In this document: positions 23,073 to 34,493 of the stretch, in pieces
How the letters are laid out: every line of letters starts with the position of its first letter
Position numbering within the stretch: the first letter of the stretch is position 1
From: Botryllus schlosseri
Taxonomy: Eukaryota
Reading direction: 5' to 3'
NCBI GenBank assembly: GCA_051294905.1
Contig: CM119378.1
Location: 15,438,001-15,502,000, forward strand
Length of the DNA: 64,000 bases
Position numbers and translations under genes: made by a program
Notes under the pieces: generated by a model
Told to the model about the DNA's origin: nothing
Database searches by the model: none
The model's input: only the letters and a program-made list of their open reading frames with translations

Positions 23073-26000
23073 ATGACGACAATCGAACTTACTCCGGACT
23101 TAGTGTTTGAACGTGCCGATGGTGTAGCGTCCCCCCTTCCCAAGTATTGGGGGCCATCCTCCACCCTAAGACCGAAATCAAAACCCAAACCTCACAGTCG
23201 CGGTTACCACTCCACTGGGTCCGCTACATTACCGACAAGAGGTCGAAAGGGGGGTGCAGCCGGCTCGGAATATGGAATTATGATCAGTGTCAAAGATATA
23301 AAGGGTCATCCGTTTGTGGTCTTGGAAGACAAAGACAAACAAAAGCATATGGTACAGGCCCCCGAAAATGAGGGTAATTCGTCCGTTCTGTCGTCGGAAG
23401 GACGTAACGGATTCTCTCCCGATGTTGACGATAATACGAGCCCGTCAGACCTATATTATAACTCGCCGACACGACGCGAGTACAAAAGACAGCCCGATCA
23501 GTCTCCAGTACCTCGGTTACGTTCGCGAGAGAGCATTAGAAGATCTGCGGAAAGACAAAACATTCCACCGTCTCACGCCAAAGTAAGATCAAAGAGCGTA
23601 CCACCAGGCCAAGCTGGGCAAGGAAGAAGACAGCAAAGAGCTAGAAGCGTCTCGCCACCAGCTCGCGAGCGATCAATCAAACCCGTCGATAGCGAAAATA
23701 TCAAACCCGTACGTGGCTTGATCGGATTTTTCGAAGCCACGTCACCTACACAGGAAACCAAGCCATTTCCAACGAACAAAAACACCGTGACACGTCCGAC
23801 CCCAAGTTCGAAAATTCGCGATGTCGCAAATCGCGTGGTGTCGCCGACCAGCACAGTGTCTATTTCGAGTATCAATTCGTCGGTGGATGTATCTCAAAAT
23901 ATGCGGAGATCCGGTCTTACCGTGACGACAGTCGATGATCCGCCAAACGCATCAAATAAACCTGAAGGTCGCTATTTCGCGTTGACCTCTCCAGGCGTGA
24001 CTAAATCGAACGGTGGTACATTCACCATGCCGAGATTAACAAAAATCGAAAAACCGGTAGATTACACCCCAAAAAAGGCCAATTTGAACAGACTACCGAG
24101 ATCATCGAGCACAGAGCCTTACGAACCAAAGTCTCGTGACCCGAGACCCTTTACCAAGTCTCCTGGTCCACAACCGTACCACAAGCCTCAAGAAGCTAAA
24201 CCGTCGAGCAGTAGCTCAACGGAAGGAGCAGATTTGAATAGCCCAAAATTCTGGGAAGATAGAAAGAAGCCTTCATACTTGCCGTCTTACCAACGAAACC
24301 TTCAAGCCGGCGATTCGTTTCCTAGAAAGAAGCAAGAAGATCAACACTCGAATGTGCCAAAGACACCAGTAAAAGAAGCATCCCCGGCCAGAAAGTATAG
24401 TTCCCCACCCAAAAAAACTGACTCAAAGGAAACTCCGGTGAAAAAAACAACAGAAGAATCTCCGAATTCGACACACGTCAGCAAAGCAAAGTTTATCGGG
24501 CCGAGCCAAATGCTGCTGAACAAGACAAGACGTAGAAAAAGCGGGCGTACCGCTCGAAAGCTGTCGACCGCGACTAGCGATAGCGAATACAGTGGATCTG
24601 AATTTTCCGACGCCGAGTCTTTGAAGCTCGGGGAAGATGCGTATCACGATAAAGCCGATACAGACGCCGCAGATAACGAAGTATTATCGATATCGCAATC
24701 AGCACCGCTGTCCACAACATCAGAGCCAAACGATGAACTGATCAAGCAGCTCGGTCATCGACGTACCCCGAGTATCAAGTTTGAAAAAATAGCAAGCGAG
24801 GACGTGACTAAAAGAGCACCAAATGACGAAGTGGACTCTTCGGTTTTGAACGAGCAGAAGACGCGTGCCGATAGTTTGGAAAAAGATCTGAAAAATGCTA
24901 ACGATAAAATAGAGAAACTCAACGAGAAGATATCGGCGCTAGAAAGCAAGCTGCGTTCTGCGAATTGCGACATCGACATAAAGCAAGCCGAAAACGGGTT
25001 GCTGAAACACGAGGTCAGCCGGTTGAAGAAGAATTTGGAAGAGGCTCTGTCATCGGACGAAGATGAAAAACAGTCGGTCTTGAGTCTTCAAAGAAGCCTG
25101 AGCACTGCGAAACGTGACAAGTCCTCTCTGGAAGAGACGATCACGCTGTTGGAGTCTCAGAAATCGACGCTGAAATCGCAGCTGCAAGACGCGAGACGCG
25201 AACGCGAAGATAACGAATCTCAAATGCGTTCGTTGAGACATAGCATCGAGAAGTACCAGTCTAAGATCAACGAACACGAGAGGGACACGGAAAACGCTCG
25301 GAAAGAGCTTTCGCGCGCCAAACGTCAGTCTGAAGCTCAAGTTCGTGACCTCGAGAGTCAACTCGAGAAGGTGGAGGATAAATCCCGCGAGTTGCAGGTC
25401 GAAAATTCAGCGCTCGAAAAGCAATTGTACGAGTTGAAGCATCAGCAAATGGCGAACGCCGACGAAGACGAGCATATTAACGAGACTGTCCGGCAGTTGG
25501 AGCAGTCGAAATTGAAAGCTCTTCAAGATCTGGAGGCGGCGTATAAAGAAATTGACGAAAAATCGAGATCGTTGCGCGAGGCGGAACGCAAGAATAATAA
25601 CTTGCAGGAAGAATTGCGTCGTATGGATGTTGAGATGGAAGCGGAATTGAAAGAGAGAGAGGCAACTTTGCTCGAGTCTCGTCAGTCGACGCAAAAACTG
25701 AAGGAAATGAAGGCCCAGGAGCAAGTGGCCAATCGCGAGATCGAAATGCTGAAAAAGGAATTGGACAACGTCAAGTCCAAAGGCATGGCGGCAAACTCGG
25801 AAATGACAGGCTTGCAGGATTTGATGGACGAGAAAGACTCCAAAATCGAATCGTTGGGAAGGAAAAACAAGGCCCTGCAGAAGGATGTTGAAGATTTGAA
25901 ATCGTCTGCAGGTGAGCAAGATTTGTTATCTGCGGAAAATATGAAATTGTCGGGCGTCGTAGTCGATTTGAAGAAACAGCTGAGAGAAACGGAAATCGAA

Positions 26001-27302
26001 TTGATGGCGACAAAGGATGCACTTGATGACGCGCAGAACGAATTGAAGAAAATCTCTGACAAAGCGGAACAGCATCGTCAAAAGGCGTCCGAGCTTGACC
26101 GGGACACGTATGAACTCCGAGATGACTATGAGAAAACAAAATCCGCGTTGGAACAAAAAGAGACGGCTTTAAACGCGGCTAGGGCCGCGATCGGTAAAAT
26201 CGAAAATCAAATGAAGGACTACGAAGAGTCGCATTCGCAATCGGAAAAAGAGAAACATCTTATCGAAGCCGACCGGGACGAGACACGAAAAGAAATGGAA
26301 GCTCTCCAAAAGCGGGTTGAATCGCAAAGCAAGCAAATTGATGACGCTAACAAAACGGTGAAGGAACTACGTGCCAAACTTGCAGACGATGTCAAATCTG
26401 GCCTTGATGGCATTGAACGCGTAAGCGAGCTGAAAAAAGAAGTGCAAAGGTTGCAGTCGATGGCCGATGAGAAATCGCAGCAAATTTTCGCGGCCGAGGA
26501 AACGATATATCGACAAAAAGAGGTTATCGAGGACATGAACGCGATACACGAAAACGCAAAGAAAGCCGCTCTGGAAGAGATGGAGAAATTCATGACGGGT
26601 ACCGAAAGTCAGTTTGGCGAGTTGCGGACGGAGCTGGAAAAGAAAAATGGTGTTATCGCCAGATTGGAGGCGGAAAAGAGAGATCTAGAGGAGGAACTGG
26701 ATGAGTTAGAGAGACGGAATCCGCAGTACGAGGACGATCATGAGAAAGAGGAGGAGCTTGTGAATCTCAGTCAGAAATTGCGCGATGAGGAAGAGGAGAA
26801 GCGGATCCTTCTCTCCGGAATGAAAACGGCGCAAGACAAGTTAGGAAACGCCCTGAACGAGATCGAAATCGAACGTAGCCGCGCGCAGCTGCTTCTCGAC
26901 GAGAAGCGAAAGAGCGAGGACGATGCAGAGTACCTCCGTGACAGGGTACGCGACCTGGAAGAACGTCTGGACCAGGAGGCGGTCGAACTGAACAACATCA
27001 AGGCCCATCACGTGAAAACGGAGAGGAAACTTCGTGATGTTCTGAAGCAGGCGCAGGATGAAAATGACAGGGCGGTTCACGAGAGGGAGCTGCTGGCGGT
27101 ACGCGCCGAAGCGTCTGAAAGGCGCGCCGATGAGGCTGAGGCGGCAGTAGCGCGGGCTGAAGACGGCAGGGTGGACTTGGAGAATGAACTGCGGAGGCAG
27201 ACTGAAGCTAATTATAAGTTGCAGCAGACTCTGGCCGCACTAGGCATCGGTCATTCGCCTGGCGGCTCTGACTCGCCAGACGGCTTGCTGACGTCGGTGT
27301 AA
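23073..27302 (+). CDS. CGN/CGNL1: Cingulin/paracingulin-family protein, 1409 aa, single coding exon
   Basis: Uninterrupted 4230-nt ORF with an in-frame stop just upstream (23055). Residues 67-84 YGIMISVKDIKGHPFVVL match the ZIM motif as remembered (CGN YGVAVRVQGIAGQPFVVL; CGNL1 YGVSIRVQGIDGHPYIVL). A ~590-aa S/P/R/K-rich head is followed by ~800 aa of myosin-tail-like heptads and a short tail; there is no motor domain. Confidence 0.8.
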   Translation: MTTIELTPDLVFERADGVASPLPKYWGPSSTLRPKSKPKPHSRGYHSTGSATLPTRGRKGGAAGSEYGIMISVKDIKGHPFVVLEDKDKQKHMVQAPENEGNSSVLSSEGRNGFSPDVDDNTSPSDLYYNSPTRREYKRQPDQSPVPRLRSRESIRRSAERQNIPPSHAKVRSKSVPPGQAGQGRRQQRARSVSPPARERSIKPVDSENIKPVRGLIGFFEATSPTQETKPFPTNKNTVTRPTPSSKIRDVANRVVSPTSTVSISSINSSVDVSQNMRRSGLTVTTVDDPPNASNKPEGRYFALTSPGVTKSNGGTFTMPRLTKIEKPVDYTPKKANLNRLPRSSSTEPYEPKSRDPRPFTKSPGPQPYHKPQEAKPSSSSSTEGADLNSPKFWEDRKKPSYLPSYQRNLQAGDSFPRKKQEDQHSNVPKTPVKEASPARKYSSPPKKTDSKETPVKKTTEESPNSTHVSKAKFIGPSQMLLNKTRRRKSGRTARKLSTATSDSEYSGSEFSDAESLKLGEDAYHDKADTDAADNEVLSISQSAPLSTTSEPNDELIKQLGHRRTPSIKFEKIASEDVTKRAPNDEVDSSVLNEQKTRADSLEKDLKNANDKIEKLNEKISALESKLRSANCDIDIKQAENGLLKHEVSRLKKNLEEALSSDEDEKQSVLSLQRSLSTAKRDKSSLEETITLLESQKSTLKSQLQDARREREDNESQMRSLRHSIEKYQSKINEHERDTENARKELSRAKRQSEAQVRDLESQLEKVEDKSRELQVENSALEKQLYELKHQQMANADEDEHINETVRQLEQSKLKALQDLEAAYKEIDEKSRSLREAERKNNNLQEELRRMDVEMEAELKEREATLLESRQSTQKLKEMKAQEQVANREIEMLKKELDNVKSKGMAANSEMTGLQDLMDEKDSKIESLGRKNKALQKDVEDLKSSAGEQDLLSAENMKLSGVVVDLKKQLRETEIELMATKDALDDAQNELKKISDKAEQHRQKASELDRDTYELRDDYEKTKSALEQKETALNAARAAIGKIENQMKDYEESHSQSEKEKHLIEADRDETRKEMEALQKRVESQSKQIDDANKTVKELRAKLADDVKSGLDGIERVSELKKEVQRLQSMADEKSQQIFAAEETIYRQKEVIEDMNAIHENAKKAALEEMEKFMTGTESQFGELRTELEKKNGVIARLEAEKRDLEEELDELERRNPQYEDDHEKEEELVNLSQKLRDEEEEKRILLSGMKTAQDKLGNALNEIEIERSRAQLLLDEKRKSEDDAEYLRDRVRDLEERLDQEAVELNNIKAHHVKTERKLRDVLKQAQDENDRAVHERELLAVRAEASERRADEAEAAVARAEDGRVDLENELRRQTEANYKLQQTLAALGIGHSPGGSDSPDGLLTSV

Positions 27303-30300
27303 TACACTGGTTTCAAACATTTTTATTTATGGTCGCGATCCATTTTAAGAATATAAAATTTTCCGCAACACACCTCTAGATTTGATAATCTGATAGCTAA
27401 GAAAAACGATCAAGACCTTTGTCCAGACATAGACCCAGCGATTTTAATTCGCCAATTGACTTTTTCTTGTCTGGTATTTGAATCTTTCAGTGTTGAAGTT
27501 TTTTCGTTTTAAATCCAGTCTACAGTAGTGTTACTGCCCAAACGGTAATTGCCCGCCGTAACCACTAATCATACGCAGACGTGTTGATGAATTGTCGCGA
27601 GAGCTTGTCTGCAATTACGAACGCTTGTATCGGTGATGTAGTATCTGCTTGCGGTGCTTGTATTATCTCGTATTCTATTGCAATCTTATAAACGGTGCTT
27701 GATTTTGACGTGGTGTAATCGTTTGTTGCATACTCGACCATTGTAATAATCATTGTGATTTGCGGGTGATATAAAAGCAATTTAGTTCCAGATCCATTTC
27801 TACATGTATGTCGTATCTTACCTTTATGCAGTATATTTATCCTCTCGGTAGACTAACTTGGCAATTATTTACACTAAGTCGTGTTTGAATGTGTTCTAGA
27901 ATAGGTTGGGCCGTGGTTTCGAGTGCTGTTTGTGAAATGCGCTTGTGTACATAAAAGGAAAGCGATTACCTGTATCTGTCATAGTGAAGACTTAATAACT
28001 GGTAGGTGTGTCATGTGTACTTGAATAGGTCTCTAATAAATCCTGAGGCTCTGGCGGCCCGGTGAATTGAAATCATATTTAATTGTGATATGGAAAGCAC
28101 TTCTTTTGTTTATATCATATTTAACATCAATCAGACTCAACGAAGCATAACATCCAAGGTTTTATGATTCGTGATCCCCTCGCTTTAATTTTTGTGAAAG
28201 AAACCATGAAATAGCTTGGTGGCTTTTATGAAGGCTTTCATATCATTTGACCGTCTTTTATCAAGTATTATATTACTCATTTGCACACACGAGTTTGGGT
28301 CCTGTCTTATGTGTCTGGGTTGTATTATCTTTGCACCATTTGTGGTATTCTGAAGTTTTACTTTTTAATCACGAGAGTTATCTGAAGCATGCTGGGTATC
28401 TTTATTTTCACATGGTTTTTAGCCTGGTCGGGGGACTTTGATAGTCCCTGCTAATGATCACATTGAAGCATTGACCTGTTTGTGTGGGCATTACAAAATT
28501 AAGATGAATGATTCCAATTGGAATCTTGTCTCGTGCTTATCATGCCTGAATCTGTACAGTGTTTCAATTATCATCAGCCGCTGTCACTTATGGTCTGAAG
28601 CGGTTGACAGCTGTGGAACGGCGTACGCCGACCGATGTGACACTCTGAGAATTTGTCAGGGATTCAAATTCTTGACACTGCCAATAATATCATTTCTTAT
28701 CGCTTGAGAGAATGGTACTTTATAAAATATCATGAATGTATTTTTTAATTTCGGTGCTTCTTTTTTCTTGATGATTGTATTTGCTAATTATTCCTTGCGC
28801 CTCACCTGACAGTTAGCAAAGCATCTGTAACAACACTGCTAATGGCATATTTTTATATATCACAAATTCCATTTTACTAACAATTTTCGTATAAATAAAA
28901 TCACAGATGCCATTACCGAGATTTAGTCTTCGTTCGTAATGCGATACATTCTTGGCCTACAAGTTTTGGAGAAGGAAAAGCTGATGAAATGGACACCTCG
29001 ATACAAGAGTATGCGAGCACACGGAGAAAATTGGACTGCTCACTGCTATTGGCTTGCCCGTACGTTAATTCTTGGCTCTGTTCCATACAGTATAGCCTAC
29101 ATTAAACCTGTATTATATGGCTAATAATGTTTGTTGTTTACTGATGTGTAAGTCCGTTGATACATAGTTCTTATGACTGCAACTTTAATGCTTTTGACTC
29201 CCCCAAACCATTTATGAATACCGTTCTCCTGCTTGCTTGACACGATTCTCTTCAATGCGCTACATATTTCCCCTAATCTCCAGGCATTCTCAAATTTACA
29301 GGTACGGAAATGTGTGGATGCGGAATGCCGTGAGGTAAAGTGATGTAAGGCCTAGGTATGTGGTCGGAATCATGATGTATCATGACAAGAATGCAAGGCA
29401 CGCACTCATTCATCGTGTTTTGGTAGCTTTTCCGCATCAGGGATTTTGCTGGTGGGTATGTATTATTTTGGTCCCACGGATGAAAATCTGTCTACTGTGC
29501 ATATGATGAATTGCAATTTGTTTATCGAAATTGTGAACTTCATTCCTCGTTTGTTCAATGTTTATATCTCTGCAAAATCTGTTGCTACAACTCCTGCAAT
29601 ATTACTTCTATCAGTTATCATGTCAGTATTTTCCTTTGTAAAACTGTTGAAATCACTCTAAGTTGGGGGGTAAGTCTACGTTGTGCTTTGTATTAACTAA
29701 CAGGTAAATGCATCAAGTGGATAATACAACATGAAACTCGTAGCGTGGAAAAAATTACAACATAATATTACACCATAATCGGGTTTCATTTTTATTGAAA
29801 ACCTAAAAACATTTATCATTTGTCTTCCTCACTTTGACACTTTTGTTTTTACTATTTCTCAATCGTTGATGTAGTTTCTTTGGTAGTTTTTAATATCAAT
29901 TCCCAGAATCCCCATTCCGGGTCCCGTCATGCTATTTTAATTGACACTTGTGATTTTACCTCAAAACACCCACCCTTGAAATAGGAAGTTGATCATTGTG
30001 AATGACAAAGCTCCAAAATTAATTCACGATTTGCTGAAGATGACCTGATATAGTATGGTAACTAATTGCATAGCACACGTAAAGTAACAAAATAATCAAA
30101 TGGCTATATGTCCGTGCCCATTAATTTTTGACCCCGAATTTTGAAGGAGACAAATAATGTATGACGGTCGAACAAATATATATATTTAATGCACGACAGT
30201 CATCGTAACAGGCGATATAAATCCGACTTATACAACCTTTGAACCAACAATGGTTGATGATGACAATTTAATTTGCTGTGTTTGAGCAGTTTATGAACCA

Positions 30301-33088
30301 ACTTTTATCATGGACTACGATAAATGAGGCCTGCTAGGTCGTGGTGGCTTATACTCATTGTAACCCTGCACAAACACATCAGGTTACTCATGTTGGGTTA
30401 AAAAATATTGGAAAATTTATGATAGATCTCATGTTAAACTGCTGCTATGGACTCATTCACAGTTGCTATCGTTTGATTATGTGCATTTGTAGTACAAAAA
30501 AATCATATTTTGCATGCCTTCTCTTTGTTACAGAACATCCTATTGTCAAGCCGTCTCCAAAAATCTTCATCATCGGTAATATTGTATATTGCCTTGAAAG
30601 TCCAGTCGTATCTACATAGAAGAACATGTTAAATTCTTAATGCTCCAGGTATGTGCCAAGTCTAATTTTCTTGCACTATGCAATATTGCTAATTCACAAG
30701 TATACTCAACTAGTTTGAGAACCCAAGCTAGGTATGCTCTTATTAGCGCAGGGTTGGCCAACGCTGGTCATGAAAACTCAAGGTGCATTCACGTCCTGAC
30801 CGCACGAAGCGTGAAAATTCTTCGAAGTTAACATATAAATTCTGTCAATAATATTGTTACTTGCATATATTGGGGGCCACCTCTGTGGCTGTCTAGTTTG
30901 CAAGGTCATGAGCATACGGAATCTGGAGATATCAATATTGAAGGTTTCGGCCTGCATGCATCTATCAGCTTGCAAGTCTCATGTTTGACAACACATTCTC
31001 TCATGTTGCCAGTAGTTCGACTCGATACTATACATTAGACGTATTTTTAATTTTCAGGACAGGTCGGCTACCCATATTAAAAGCAAGTTCACAATAAATT
31101 ACCTGGGTAATTCACTTTTGCTAATGTAACTAATTTGGAAAATTACCCCACATGCCAGTCGGGGCCACCCCTGTATTGGTGGATGCAAAAACTTTAAAAT
31201 CGAAGATATTGATTTCATGTGCTTTTTCTGTAGGCCTACTTATGGTACCTACTCGAATGATGCCGTTACCAGTATATATGGATTGTACAACACAACATTG
31301 ACAAATAATAACAGCTATCATTATTCGCATTTTATAACGCTTTAAATACGCATCTAAACTTCATTCTGTGCTCATTACTTGGGAGTATTTTGCAACCCTT
31401 ATCCTTTGGAATGGCCCCTAGATTTAGGAACCACCGATATAGCATTTCGAACTCTATATTTTATACATTTCTGTACGTTTGTTTTTGACAGTTTTATCGG
31501 AATGGAAAGATCTGGTCATGGCAGTAAGGTGTTTCTGAGATGCTTCCTATACCCGGGAATCAAGGATCTCTGTAACTGCGCAATTGGTCGATATCAATTG
31601 CTGCTGTCCAAATATCCGAGAAGATACACTAGCAGCACCCTGGTGATACGTTACAATTTCTTCTGAAATGATGCAGTCGTTATATATCACAACAAAAAAG
31701 AGCCAAAGTGACACTACAAAAAAGTCGTCAAGCACAAAGGCCAGCAATTGGCTTGGAGAAGGTCATCAGTCTGAAGATTGCTGTATGTCGACTGAGAAAA
31801 ATGAATGTCTACCTACTGAAAGCGACGTGCGAGAAGCTATGTATTTCTGATGACGGATTTGGCCAAAAATCTGGTGACTCAATGAGTTTGCAAGGTTTCA
31901 ACTCAATGACATGACATCTGCTTGTCTCAGCGTCGTTGAGACAATGTCACTTATAACTCTTATGCAATCAACACAAATCAAGTCCAAATGTTTCGAATTT
32001 GTTGGCCAGTGGATCATGTGCCCATGGGCACACCGGCGCCTGCTTGTCTGAATCCGATTTTGCTGAATTTGTGTAACGCTGCTTGATGTATTTGAACTAA
32101 TGTAATATAGTATCTATAAAACGTGATCTGAGAATTCCGTACTTCAATACTGTGAACATATCCCGACTGTTTTCTTTGTGGTACAATATAGCCACACGCA
32201 GTCGAATGTGACTCTGATGCTGTCGGTGGAATCCGTGGCGGTTATCGTTTACTGATTGGGATGACGCATTTCTCAAAATCTCACCCTCTGTTCAGTCCAT
32301 TCTCCAATTATTTAGATGAATTCGCTTAGGAACAGACGCATACAATCAATAAATCAATCTATTTTTCTGACCACATTCCATTTTGTGAATTGGATTTTCA
32401 ATTCGGCTGCGTTAATGGCCCCTTGCTCAGGACAGTTGGAAGTGGAAGCCAATAAATTAGTGATCTAAATCATGGTAACTTTGCAGAAGTACAATTTAGT
32501 ACCTGAAGCACATGCGATATGAAACTAATAATTGCTGGAAATCCATCATTACCTGCACCAGGGGTGGCAGGCAGTCGCCCGTGGGCCAAATTGAGTTTTT
32601 CATGTGTCCTGTCCTGTGGCATTGTTCCGTAAAAGATTAAAAATAGCAAATATATGTTGCATAAATTTTCCCATGTATTAAATTAGTGATTTAAACTCAA
32701 TTTCCCAAACTATTTACAAATTGAGTCGTATTTAATCACTTGCTGTATTTCTGACCTGATACAAGCGCTCGATTGCTTGTCCTTGCAGTAAAACATCGTT
32801 TCGGCATATTTAAGTCGCATGAGAATCGGTAATTACGATATATTACAAATCCAGCTTCAAATAAATCATCAAATTTGGGTTTGTCAAATCCAAATTATCA
32901 TATCTAATACCTAGGCCTACATTGAATGCATTATAGTTAACCATTTGAATTGACTTTCATAAAATCACTACTAGTATTACATAGCCATGCCTCATGTCTG
33001 TATGTATTTGATCGAAGCCGGTATTCTCACTCTGTCGCTACCAGCAGATATATCATTCACTTCTTCCACCCTAGCAAGCTTGTACATT

Positions 33089-33340
33089 TACGGTTACCAT
33101 ATTACGCTTTTTCAAAATTTTCAGACTTGCAATACCGGAGAAAATGGTAAATTTATCCTGACTTGGTGGTTGGTTGACTAAATAAAAGGTCACCTTTTCC
33201 CGAAATAGCTTCCGGAGCATTACTTCAGTGCCGATTCACTGTACGGTATCTCAGTTGAATTTTACCCTATATTTGGCCTAAATTCTCAAAAATTAGGACA
33301 CTTTAGAAAAAGTCAAATAAGAGGACGTATGGTAACCCTA
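33089..33340. mobile_element. hAT-type MITE (252 bp), older copy
   Basis: Termini TACGGTTACCATA / TATGGTAACCCTA; degenerate 8-bp TSD TGTACATT / TGTATATC; interior homologous, in inverted orientation, to 33633-34032. Confidence 0.75.
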
Positions 33341-33632
33341 TGTATATCTTGTAAACATTTGTCATCACTCTGATTTAGCCAAGGTGATGCAATATCCTAT
33401 AATAGGCTGGACGACAGGCAGCAATTTATTTAAGGTAACCCCTATATTAGTATTCGTCTTGTTACCTTCGGTTTGCAGTCATGAGATGAAGAATGATAGG
33501 TCAACAACGAACGTGGGTTTTTCGAATTCCTAAAGCGTGACCTAATAAGGTAGTGAAAGAAGAATATTACTCGAGTGATTGCTTCAATTGCAAACATGCT
33601 AAAACTATTTCAAGTAGGAAACCACAGTTGCA

Positions 33633-34032
33633 TAGGATTACCAGACGTCCTCTTTTGAGAGGATTTGTCCTCTTTTTTGACTTTTTTGAAAATGTCCTCG
33701 GAGGACGCCCTTTTGTCCTCTTTTTTGAGAATTTAGGTCAATTTAGAGCAAATTGCGAGTGATATGCCGTAAATTAGCACAGAACTGACGCTCCGGCGGG
33801 CATTTCGGAGTGAAAAACGGTGAATTTAGCTCTGGGCGGAAAGATGATCTTTTTTTTTTAGTCATCCACCTAGCAAAGCGGGAAGAAAAACGGTATTTTG
33901 AGCTCTGAGCGGAAAAGATGACCTTTTTTTTTAGTCAACCGATCACAAAGTGGGAAAAATTCACCGGTTTTGCAAGTCTCAAATTTCTGAAAAAGTGTCC
34001 GCCTTTTAGATTTCCAAAATATGGTAAGCCTA
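33633..34032. mobile_element. hAT-type MITE (400 bp)
   Basis: Termini TAGGATTACCAGACG / ATATGGTAAGCCTA; perfect 8-bp TSD CAGTTGCA at 33625-33632 and 34033-34040. Confidence 0.9.
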
Positions 34033-34493
34033 CAGTTGCAACACCGGGTTATTGGCCAGTAACCATATCTTGACAGCTTCCCTACTACCCCAGTGGCAAC
34101 AGTGTAGGTTTGAATTGAGTTCAATGTAAGCAGTCTTGAGTGGTACGAGAAACACCGGGTTGGCAGCTCTGCTACTGCCGTCCCGTAGGATGTCCCATAG
34201 GATTCAATGCAACTAACCCTGCTTGTTTATTTGAGCCATGTGATGTACCCAATATACATATTGTAAACTTTCTGGCCTGTCCTAATTATTTGCACACATC
34301 CCTCTATTGGGAAAAGCGGACTACTAGCATGAATCGTACTACTGCCAGAGCTTCTGAACAAATATCACTTCTGCTGAATTCATCACATCGTCATCACTCG
34401 ACAAGTAAAGTGATAAACCAGGTTGTATTTCTGATAAGATGATGCCCAAGAGAAGAGCGTTATGCCACACGGTACTGAGCAATTAAATTCATT

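Noticed and set aside
23290-27080. Many 60-170 aa antisense and off-frame ORFs over the large gene (also 41021-42526)
   Set aside because: Shadow ORFs caused by the codon bias of long coding sequences; they have no motifs of their own.
24840-27240. Myosin heavy chain or tropomyosin-like call for the 1409-aa ORF
   Set aside because: No motor domain or IQ motifs; the head is disordered and carries the cingulin ZIM motif.
28000-31600. SHOC1/C9orf84-like C-terminal domain (FQL..TYGL..VER, LLACPYVNSWL, AFSNLQGFCWWVVVAY)
   Set aside because: The resemblances are short, from memory, in different frames and not in the expected order, and they include stops. Retained only as an unexplained exon-like region.
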